A stretch of 64,000 bases of DNA, from contig JBHGNT010000016.1 of the NCBI GenBank assembly GCA_043228905.1, positions 15,500,001-15,564,000 of the forward strand, written 5' to 3'. This DNA is from Azolla caroliniana. Lineage: Eukaryota; Plantae; Polypodiophyta. The position numbers and the translations under genes are program-made. The notes under the pieces were generated by a model, which searched no databases, was not told the DNA's origin, and saw only the letters and a list, made by a program, of their open reading frames with translations. Shown piece by piece: positions 34,343 through 45,500 of the stretch; position 1 is the first letter of the stretch, and the number at the start of each line of letters is the position of its first letter.

Positions 34343-34823
34343 CTTCAAACGCATTGGTTCATCAGCCTATCATCTCGCTCTTCCTAATGGCGTTGAAATC
34401 CATCCAGTTTTTCATGTAAGTCGTCTAAAAGAACTTCTTGGTTCTGGCGACAATACAACTACAACTGAAACTCTGGTTACTTCTAAAGAATTATCTTCTG
34501 AACCACATGTGCGTGAGAGAATTCTCGATGTTAAAATGAAACACTTGCATTCTAAAATAATCCGAGAATTTAAAATTAAATGGATGGATAAGTCTATCAA
34601 AGATGCCACATGGGAACATGAAAATACTCTTAGAACTAGATTTCCTAACTTTCCATTGCAAGAGTGCAATGTTTTAAAGAGGGGGGGGAGTATGTTACGG
34701 GCATGACCATATAATATCCCGTGGTAAGTTTTGTCGTAGTATTCTATACACATGGATAAAGTGTGAGGGTTAAACAAGAGTGTAAAGAACGGAAGGATTA
34801 CTTTTATAACTTGGGATTGGAAC
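34343..34823 (+). pseudogene. Chromovirus 3' remnant: integrase C-terminus, chromodomain, PPT and start of 3' LTR
   Basis: AYHLALP...HPVFHVSRLK, KIKW...DATWE; PPT aaagaggggggggag; TGTTAC at 34693. Confidence 0.85.
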
Positions 34824-36711
34824 TGTCAAAGTTAATATGCGAAAGCGTATGACAAACTGGCTCAGCCAGATACCAACAAAACGTAGAGAGAAGGTTTAAT
34901 AGAGAATGCATGGGAGAGATAGAGACAGCAGAACATAAAAACTCAATTCAAAATGATAATACACTACGTGTACATAGAATGTGCTCATAGAGCACTTTTA
35001 TACAAGTCGATAAAGGACTGACAAGTACTTCAATGCTCATACGAGCGACTAACACTGACTCCCAAAATTATGCCTATGTACTAGGCTAGATCCGTAGGCC
35101 TCTAACGGCCTACCGGTTGCAATCCAATCTTGCTCTCTGATTTGGCTCCTGGTTCTAGATACCATCCGAACACCGATCCGGCTCTCCGTTCCAGATACCG
35201 ATCCGGATCCAATTGAGCTTGCTCGCTCAACACTCCCCCTCAAGCTCAACTTGAGGTCAGATCGTGATCTTAGTGTCTACAATAGCCGGTCCTTTCCTCT
35301 GGCTTCTTCTCACGTCTTCCCGCCTTGCTCGCGCTCCTCGTCTAGTCTAGTTCCGCTTCCCACGACCTGCCCAATTCTGCGCACCTCGACCTCCTTGGTT
35401 GGCTTGTTAGCTCAACAGGCCCATCTCAGTGCCTTCGATGTTGTGACTCCGACGCTTATCGACCCATCGGTTCCTCCGTATCGGTGTCGACTTCCGTTGC
35501 CTTCTTGTCCACTTGGCCTTAAGTTGATCCGGCTCCTCCGAATCAAATTGTTGAACCGAATCGGCTCTTGTCTGAGTTGGTAGTTTCCAACTCGTCTTCC
35601 GTTTTCAAGCCCTTCACCACATCGGACCACGTCCAGGTCTTGGCCTTCTTCCGATCGGCTCTATGGTTGCTTGCTCAAATTTGTTCGGATGTGCCGAGTC
35701 CTTCGATCGGCTCGGCTTCCTTTTTCTGCTCATCTCCCCCTTTGGTTCTTTCTTCCTCTCCAGCTCCTTGTCCGGTGCCATCCGTTCTCCCCCTCAAGTG
35801 CGGCATGTCGAGATGTTGTAGACCAAGCATCTCTGAAAAGTGTTGCAACTTGTCCGATCCGAGCGGCTTGGTGAAGATGTCGGAAACCTGCCGATCCGTG
35901 TAAACATACCGAAATTCAACTTCACTGCTCAGGACCCGCTCACAAACAAAGTGATAATGCACTTCTATGTGCTTTGTCCGAGCATGGAATATAGGGTTCT
36001 TGGCGAGCTGTATGATGCTTACATTGTTGCAAGAAATCAGGATCGGGGTCGGTACCTCGATCTCATAGTTTTGCAGTAGTCGTTGAAGCCAGGTGGCAAT
36101 GGTAGGGCCCTGATATTCAGCCTCAATGCTCAATAGAGCCACTATTGACTGCTTTTTGTTGCTCCATGCAACAGTCACGCTACCAAGAGAAAACATGTAA
36201 CTAGAGGTGGATCGGCGATTTGATGCATCACCAGTCCAGTCGGCATCGGTATATCCGACTAGCTTCCTGGCTATACCATGTCGGTATAACAGTCCCCAAT
36301 CCTTCATGCCACTCACATATCACAATAGTCTATGTGCAATGAAGGTCCTCCACGGTTGTCAGGAACAGTACTAAGACAGAGAAGGAATTAGTACTAAAAG
36401 AAGTATTAGTACTAAGAGAGGTGAAGAACTCTCAAGAGAAGGAAAGAGTGAGTGAGAGGGTGGGAGAGAGAGATCGAGAGAGAGAGAGAGAGTGATGATA
36501 AGAAAAGATATATATTATGTGAAGAAAATGTACAGTAGCTAGGAGGCTTAAGACTGGCGTTGAACCGATTTGGTTCGAAATAATGCCTTGTGCCTCCTTT
36601 TATAGTGTTCTAAGGAATACTCCTGAAGTTTCTAGAATGTTCCAGAGAAATCTGGAATATACATCAATTTTCTATAATAAAACATAAATGAAAATAATAC
36701 TCTACGTATTA

Positions 36712-36782
36712 CAATGTATAGTTTAATGGTCAAGAGCTCGACCCATGTAGCATAAGGGCATGGGTTCGAGTCTTGCCATATC
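36712..36782 (+). promoter_or_regulatory. tRNA-like A box/B box module in the 3' LTR of chromovirus B
   Basis: TAGTTTAATGG 36719-29; GGTTCGAGTCT 36763-73; 44-nt spacing. Confidence 0.65.
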
Positions 36783-36788
36783 ATGACA

Positions 36789-39700
36789 CTATCCCCCCTT
36801 TAAAACGACGAGTGTAACGAGTCGTTTTGGATTGAGGACCTGGTTTTTCTGGATATTGACGATGGAAGTCTTCAAGAAGAGCACGAACATTGGTGACATA
36901 CTCTATCGGTTCCCAAGTACTCTCACTGGGACTATATCCTAGCCAATCGACTAGATAGTAGAGCTTGTTGCGAACAAGCTTGGAATCAAGGATGGCGGCA
37001 ACCTCGTACTCAGGTCCATCTTCAAGCTTGATCGGGGGTGGAGGCTGTGTAATACGTCCTAGGTTGTTGTTCTCTTGATAGGGTTCGAGGAGAGAACTAT
37101 GAAACACCAGATGTATCTGAAGTTGTGGAGGTAGATCAAGACGAAAAGCGACATCATTAATCTTTCCTATAATACGGAAAGGACCTAATCGCCGATAATC
37201 CAACTTCTCGCATGGGCGAGTAGTCTTGATGTGTCGTCGGAATAGCCATACCTGATCTCCAATGTAAAAACTAGATGGGAGTCAATGACGATCCGCATAA
37301 ACCTCTCCAAACGATCCTCTGCGCAAGGATGTGTGGACACCTCTGGGGTTTCAAGTACACACCACCGGGGGTGACATCCCGTATAAGCATAAAATGGCGT
37401 AACTTTAGTGGATGCGTGGATAGAGTTGTTATAGGCAAATTCGGCGAAGTGGAGAATATATGCCCAATCATCCTGATGATAGCTAAGAAAGCACCGCAGA
37501 TACTGCTCCAGCGTTTAATTGGTTTGTTCGGCTTGGCGGGCGGTTTGTGGGTGGTAGCCGGAGGAGAGGTTACAAGTGACCTTGAGCATGTTAAAAAGGT
37601 GCTTCCAGAATTTTGACACGAACTGGGGTCCACGGTCGCTGATGATACTATCGGGAAGTCCATGATGCCGACATACTTCATTCATGACAATTTCGGCAGT
37701 GTCTTCACTGGAGATCTCCTTAGTACATGGCAAGAAATGAGCCATCTTCGTATATCGATCGACCACCGTTAGAATCGCATTGAACCCCTTAGAGACTGGA
37801 AGATCTGTGATGAAGTCTAGAGCAATGGATTTCCACGGCTTGCTTGGAATTGGTAATGGTTCTAATAAACCATATGGATGATGCCTTGGCATTTTTGCTC
37901 TGCAGCATGTATCACAAGTCCGAACAAAATCCTCGACAAATTGTCGCATACAGGGCCACCAAAATGATCGTTGTACTAAATGTAATGTTTTAGTACTACC
38001 AAAATGCCCAGCTGTATATGTGCCATGACAGTTTTGTACTACTTGGAAGGCGGCAAGAACCATTAGGAACATACAAAAGTTCTTTAAAGAAGAGTAATCC
38101 ATCATGGTATTTGAATTGCCGATAGTCCGTACCTGTTGGTTGCGATTGTGAACACGACACTCGAGAGGGATCAATTTATGCTAGTATAGCTTGGGCGAAC
38201 ACATCTGTCTTCAAGTCTTCGCGTATGGTATCGATAACGCAGGAATCCATGGGCATGTCAAAGATCTGTGTTACTTGTAGTCGTGTCGGTCCCAAGATGA
38301 CTTGTTTTTGGTTATCGAAAGTTGGCTCACCGGGACGGAGTGCTAGATACGAACGTCGTGATAATGCATCTGCCTTCCCTTGGTGCTTCCCCGGACGATA
38401 TGTAATTTTGAAGTTGAAACGAATGAGGAAGTGGGCCCACCGAGCTTGACGTCGATTCAACACACGAGCATCCTGAAAGTAGGCAAGGTTCTTGTGGTCA
38501 CTAAATACGGTGACCGGATGAGAGGATCCCTCCAGAAAATGCCTCCATTGCATAAAAGAATCCACTATTGCCAATAGCTCCTTATCATGAATTTCATAGT
38601 TGATTTCGGCGGCATCAAACTTGCGTGAGTGAAAAACCACAGGATGTAGCTTCTCATCATTCCCTTGTTCTGACAAAATGCTCCCCAATGCAAAATCCGA
38701 TGCGTCAGCTTCGATAATGAATGGTTTTTCCGGATCGACATGAGCTAGAATCGGAGCCGATGTAAATGCCTTTTTAAGACCCTCGAAAGCCATGTCCGTT
38801 TCTTCAGACCAGATGAACGGTTGTCCCTTCCTGGTAAGTTGTGTGAGAGGTAGAACGATCTTTGAGTAATCTTGTATGAACTTCCGGTAAAAATTGGCAA
38901 AGCCTAGGAAGCATTGCACATCCCACACCGAACGCGGAGTCTGCCATTCTACCACCGTTTTGACCTTAGCTAGGTCCATGGAGATGCCTTCTGACAAAAT
39001 GATGTAGCCGAGAAATTCCACTTGGTTGCACCCGAAGCTACATTTTTCAAGCTTTGCATACAGACCATGTTCTTGAAGTCATTTTAGTACTAATAGTACA
39101 TGAGAATCATGTTCTTCTTGGGTCTTTGAATAAACCAGTAGATCATCCAAATAGATGATCAAACAATCATCCAATAGATCTCGGAATATATCATTAGCCA
39201 TGTGCTGGAAGACTGTCGGCGCATTAGTGAGGCCAAATGGCATGACCGTATACTCGAAGTGCCCATATCTGGTACGAAACGCGGTCTTCCATTCATCTCC
39301 TAGCCGGATCCATACGAGGTTATATGCTCCCCGTAAGTCGATCTTCGTGAAGAACCTGGCACCATTGATCCGTTCTAAAACACTTGAGATAAGGGGAAGA
39401 GCATACCTATTCCTGATTGTAACCTTATTCAGGCTACGGTAATCTACAACGAGACGAAGCGATCCATCCTCTTTCTTGACGAAGAAAATGGGCGCGCTGG
39501 CTGGAGATTTCGAATGCCGAATGAAACCATTTTCCAAATTCTCCTCTATATAGGCCCGAAGGACTTCCAGCTCGGTTGGTGACAAATTGTAGATTGGTCC
39601 CCATGGCGGCTCTTTTCCCGGTTGTAAATTGATGGGGCAATCGTATGGTCGCTGATGAGGAAGTGTGTTGGCTTGTACTTTATCGAACACATCGGCGTAA

Positions 39701-40311
39701 TGACGATACTTCTCAGGAAGTTGAACGGTGGATTCTTCTTTAATGGTGCTGGAGGGGTTTACTGATATTGCAAAGAGGAACATTTCCTCCTTGTGCCCTT
39801 CTTTACACAACTGACGTAGCGAAATGGTTGCCATCTTCTGAGTTGACCCTTGGGTTTGTCGACACCGGATTTATCTTGTTCTCCAATCTATGTCTGGGTT
39901 ATGTAACTCGAACCACGGTAATCCTAAAACTATAGGATGTTCTGGGATACTGATAATATTAAATGATACTACACATGCTAAGTTATCTAGGACAATATTA
40001 ATGGGCTCTGACTCTTCTATGATATTTCCGGAAGCAATGGGACGTCCATCAATGACTACTACAGAGGCTGGACACTAGCGTTTTCTTAGGGATATCTTAT
40101 GAGCTTGAGCAAATTTCTTATCCATAAAGCAAGAGTTAGCTCCGGAATCTAGGAGTGCTAGGACATATACTGGAGGGGTACTTTTAGTACTAGCTATTAC
40201 TTGGGCTACGAACACATCACTAACTTGCTTAGAGGGAATGGAACCACTAATGGGTTGCACAGATCTAGGGTTGTCCAACCAAACGGCTCCTATTTTGGCT
40301 GGACTTAGTCG
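36789..40311 (-). pseudogene. pol: pol of chromovirus B (PR-RT-RH-INT-chromodomain)
   Basis: LLDSGA, YLDD, EADASDFALG, DFITDLP/SDRGPQF, YEVAAILDSK...YLVDWLGY...TWEP; stops and frameshifts. Confidence 0.95.
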
Positions 40312-41456
40312 TTTAACTCTTCTTCTAACTGACTAAGGACATCAAATCTGTTCGCTAGATCTGGGCTATTAGTACTATTAGGACTATCAGATATCCCTAC
40401 TAAAATAGGCTCGGGTTTAGTACAATTAGAACTAGCGACTATTTGGTTTACCTGTCTTCTTGGCCTATGGGGACAATTGATTGCAATGTGTCCTGGACCA
40501 CCACAATAGAGACATAGTCGATTTGTTCGGCATCGCTGCTTTTCTTCTTCGGATAATGGTCCTCGACGACGTGTAGCGTCAATCTCCATCGGAGTCGGAG
40601 TATTCACTGGAGGCGCATTATAGTACTCCCTGGGTAAAGGTTTTGCTACCATTGAGGCGTAGGTGGGCTCTGATCTTGCCCTCGGCATCTGTAGCTGTCG
40701 TTCCGAACGTCGCTCAAAGAGGCGGTTATCACATCTTACCGCGCGACTGATTGCTTCTGTTAAGGACTTTGGCTCTTCAGGGAAAGTCAAGAGTAAATCC
40801 TTGACATCGTTGCGTAAACCATAACGAAATTGCTCCATCAGCGCTTGATCATCCCAAGGGATGTCAGCGGCAAGTAGATGGAAATCTGCAACATATGCAG
40901 AGGCTGGACGGTTTCCTTGGCGTAATCGCCAGATTTTGTTGATTGCGGTCCTTATGCTGTCAGTATCCCCAAAGCATGCTTTAAACTCACCTATAAATTC
41001 TTCAAAGTTGTTGAGTAATGGAGACTCTTTTTCCAACAGTGGAGCGAACCATGCCAACGCTGAGCCACTTAACAGCGTCCCTACTAAACCCACTCGTGAT
41101 GCATCGGTAGGATATCAGGAAGGATGCATTTGAATAACTAATCGTACCTGATTAAGGAACCCTCTAAACTGCGATCGTGTTCCATCGAACTTCGTGGGAA
41201 GGCCAATCTTGGGTTCCTTGTGAATCCCTTGTGTTCCGGGGCCTTGTTGTTGCATCACTACGATGGTTGCTTCGAGTTGTTGCACGCGTAATGTAAGTTC
41301 CCCATGTTGTTGTTGTGTTTGCTGCTTTTCTAAGGAGATTTGTTGAAGATCCCCCAGCAACCGTTGATTTTCTTGTTCCAAAGCAAGGAACTTCTCTTTT
41401 AGGCATTGAAACTCTGAGAAAACAGATTGATATTCCTGAGCGCTAACTGTGGCCAT
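40305..41456 (-). pseudogene. gag: gag of chromovirus B (one premature TGA at ~41115)
   Basis: Coiled coil, PTKFDGTRSQFRGF, LRQG, PTPMEID, CLYCGGPGHIAINC. Confidence 0.93.
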
Positions 41457-41652
41457 GGGATGAAAAGAAAAGAGAAATAAGTGATTAGTATGAAAGGAGA
41501 GAGACAGAAGGAAAAATTAGTTCAAACTGTCAGGAATAGTACTAAACAGAGATAGGATTAGTACTAAACAAAGAGAGAATTAGTACTAGAGAAGGGAAGT
41601 ACTATTAGAACTAAGGGGATGGGACTACGTAAGACTCCCGAGAGGAAGAGAA

Positions 41653-41690
<38 letters not shown>

Positions 41691-41868
41691 CGAGGACGAG
41701 AGATGATGATAACAGATTATATATTATAAGAAGAGTAACAAAAGGGTAGGAAAATCGGTTCAAATTGTCAGGAACAATACTAAGACAGAGAAGGAATTAG
41801 TACTAAAAGAAGTATTAGTACTAAGAGAGGTGAAGAACTCTCGAGAGAAGGAAAGAGTGAGTGAGAGG

Positions 41869-41904
<36 letters not shown>

Positions 41905-42120
41905 TGATAAGAAAAGATATATATTATGTGAAGAAAATGTACAGTAGCTAGGAGGCTTAAGACTGGCGTTGAACCGATTTGGTTCAAAATAATGCCTTGT
42001 GCCTCCTTTTATAGTGTTCTAAGGAATACTCCTGAAGTTTCTAGAATGTTCCAGAGAAATCTGGAATATACATCAATTTTCTATAATAAAACATAAATGA
42101 AAATAATATTCTACGTATTA

Positions 42121-42192
42121 CAATATATAGTTTAATGGTCAAGAGCTCGACCCATGTAGCGTAAGGTCATGGGTTCGAGTCTTGCCATATCA
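42121..42192 (+). promoter_or_regulatory. tRNA-like A box/B box module in the 5' LTR of chromovirus B
   Basis: TAGTTTAATGG 42128-38; GGTTCGAGTCT 42172-82. Confidence 0.65.
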
Positions 42193-42579
42193 TCACAACG
42201 GTCGGCTTCTACATAAACTGGTTGATCACTCTGACCGGATAACTGATGTTGGGTCGGGACTATTTCTTATTGCAGGCCGGTTCGGAGTCAGGACGTAGCT
42301 TCAGGTTCCGGTCCAGGGGGTGTGGACATCGGTCGGCATTCCGTCATGTTGAACTTGTACAACATATTCAGCACAGAATGACATTTGTGAGAGAAATATG
42401 CCGTCAGGGGTTTGGATCACCTCGATCCCAAGAAAATAATGAAGGTCCCCCAGGTCCTTCATTTCAAATGTGTCTAACAACTGGGACTTCACACGGCCGG
42501 TTTCATCGAGTACGGGTCCAATGATGACTACATCATCTACATATAGTACGATGAATAGTGAAGAGCCAGACTTTGAGGC

Positions 42580-45500
42580 TGTAAAGAGTAGCGTGCGGAA
42601 GCAAGTATAAAGACAGAACAGAAGGAAGAACACTCAGGTTTAATGGAGAGCTTGAGCTTACACAGTATACGAGGGAGAGACCGAGAGAGTTTTAGAGAAG
42701 ACACCAAAGGGAGAGTATATTATGAAAGACAAGAAACTATACATATATGTGTTCAATGAACACTTTGTACAAAACCCTAGAAGGACTGACTGGAGTACTG
42801 ACAGTACTTAAATGCTCATTAAGAGCTCCTACACTAACTCCCAAATATATTCCTCATGGAATATCTTTCCTAACGGCCTAACCGATCAGTCCCAGCCGAT
42901 CCGGTCCTCAGCTTCTTCAGCTGATCCGGCCGATGTTGAGCTTGTCTCTCAACACTCCCCCTCAAGCTCAACTTGAGGCTCTTCGGGATCTTCACAGCAC
43001 CGGTTCCTCCTGGCTTCTCGCCTTGCTCGCGCTCCTCGACCTGTTCGACTCTACACGCTTCGACCCTTACGGTCGGCTTGTCTGCTCATGTGACCCTTAT
43101 CAGCTCTTCTGTTGTTGCGATGTTGACGCTTCTCCTACTGCCTTTTCTTCCGCTTAGACCTCGGTTGATTCAGCGTATCTGAATCAAACATCCGAACCGA
43201 CTCGGCTACCTCCGATCGGTCTTCGCTCTTTTCCGAGTTGGCTGTCTCCAACTCGTCTTCGGTCTTCTCGCCCTCGACAGCGTCATCTTCCCCATGCGTG
43301 GTTGGCTTCGGCTCTCTCCTTCGGTTGCTCCCCTTCTGTCCGCTTCCGGACTTTTCCGCGGGTCCGCCCTCGGCTTCTTCAGCCGATCCGAAGTCAAACT
43401 CGACAACCGAGTCAACAAACTTGGTGTCGCGGTCTCCGCTCCTTTCCTATTGCCTTGCTTGGTCGTTCGGAACTGTTCTCCCCCTCAAGTTTGGCACGTC
43501 AAGGTGACGCAACCCGAGCGCACCGGAGAATTGCCGCAACTTGTCCAGACAAAGAGGCTTGATGAAGATGTCGGCAGTCTGCCGATCCGTCAGAACGTAC
43601 TGAAGTTCAACTTCACCGGAAAGGACATGCTCACAGACAAAATGGTAGTGCACCTCAATGTGCTTGGTCCGTGCGTGGAAAACGGGGTTTTTCGCGAGCT
43701 GGATGCTGCTGAGGTTGTCGCAGTAGATCGTCGTCGAATCTGACACCTCCTCTTGCAGGTCCTTAAGTAGCCGCTTCAACCATATGGCTTCGCATGTCGC
43801 GACAGCCGTTCCTCGATACTCAGCTTCGGTGCTCGACAGTGCAACTATCGGCTGCTTCTTACTGCTCCACGCGATCGCGGCACTCCCGAGGGGGAACGCG
43901 TATCCGAACGTGGATCGGCGATCGGCGGCGTTGCCAGCCCAATCAGCAACGGTGTAGCCGACTAACTGCTCGGCTGCACCGGTCCAATATAGCAGTCCAC
44001 GGTCCTTAGTGCCGCTTACGTACCGCAGTACGCGTTGCGCACACTGAAGGTGCTCTTCGGTAGGTCGCGCCATGAACTGACTGATCACCCCGACTGGATA
44101 ACTGAGGTCGGGTCGGGTGATGGTCAAGTATATGAGGCTTCCGACAATTTGTCGGAACCTCGTCGGATCGCATACCTTTCCCGTATCGGGATGAAGCTTG
44201 ATGGTTCTGTCCAGAGGAGTCGAGACGGACTTACAATCACCCATCCTGAGTTTGAAGAGCATACCCAGCACGTAATGACGTTGGCTGATCAATATGCCTT
44301 CGGGGGTACGGATCACTTCGATCCCGAGGAAGTAATGAAGGTCCCCCAAATCCTTCATGTCGAACGATGCCGCAAGCTGGAGCTTCACGCGGTTGATTTC
44401 ATCTAGGTCGGCGCCGGTGATGACCAAGTCATCAACATATAGTAGAATACTAACCGGTCCGGGTCGACCTTTCCGAATGAACAGAGAAGAGTCCGATTTT
44501 GACGTGACGAAGCCCATCCAACGCAGTTGTTGCGTGATCTTCGCGTTCCAGGCACGCGGGGCTTGCTTCAGTCCATAAAGGGACTTCTTCAGTCGGCATA
44601 GTGCCGAGGAGTTCGTTCCGGAGTGAAATCCGGGGGGCTGTACCATGTACACTTGTTCCTCAAGGTCACCTTGCAGGAACGCATTCTTTACATCCATTTG
44701 ATGTAGGTGCCACACCTTGGCCGCGGCTACTGCGAGCAAAACACGGACGGTCGTCATTTTCGCGACCGGCGCAAATGTCTCATCGTAGTCGATGCCGTGT
44801 TTCTGCACGTAGCCCTTTGCCACTAGCCGAGCCTTGTACCGGTTGACCGAGCCATCGGTGTTGTACTTGACTTTGTACACCCATCTACACCTGATCGGCT
44901 TCACACCCTTCGGTGCGTCAACCAGGTCCCAGGTCTCGTTCTCCGCCAATGTGTGCATCTCTTCCTCCATCGCGGCACGCCAATTCGCGTCTTTAGCCGC
45001 TTCTGCATAGCTCTCCGGCTCACGCACTTCCGCTACACGGGTCATGTACGCATAATGATGCGCCATGTACTCGTTGTATCCGAACTGCAAAACAGGATTC
45101 TTCTGGCGGGTAGATCGGCGTAATCTCACATTAGCCGATGTCGAGGACTTCTCGGTCGACGCGGTCTTCACCTTTAAAGACCCGTCACCGGTTCCCTCGG
45201 AGTCGGACTCGCATCGGTCTGACTCGTTCCTTTCCGTGCCGGAATCCGACACCTTCTTCTTCCCTTTCTCTTTGCGCGTAAGCCGTCTCCTCGACTTCCT
45301 GCGCGGGGAATGCACGGCCGAGTCTCCACTACTCGCCGGCTCTTCATCGGACTGGTCGTACCGACTTAGTCGTCCAATCGGTCCACTTAACCGATTTCGG
45401 GCTCTCTTCACGGGTCTCGATTTCGGGCTCATCCGGAGGCATCTCGGCCTCGCTGACCTCATCGTCAGAGCTCGGATTGGAGTCGAGGTTCGTGGTCGGG

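Larger units (their letters stand above)
36357..42197 (-). mobile_element. Full-length Tcn1-like chromovirus B with inactivating mutations
   Basis: 432-bp LTRs 36357-36788 and 41766-42197; exact TSD ACGGT; PPT 36789-36801. Confidence 0.95.

Noticed and set aside
34248-34706. 152-aa stand-alone chromodomain gene
   Set aside because: It starts inside a Copia LTR and reads into a truncated integrase
24351-42202. Shared ACGG(T) target of two unrelated Gypsy insertions
   Set aside because: Only two cases, and the first target region is rich in ACGG/AACCG repeats
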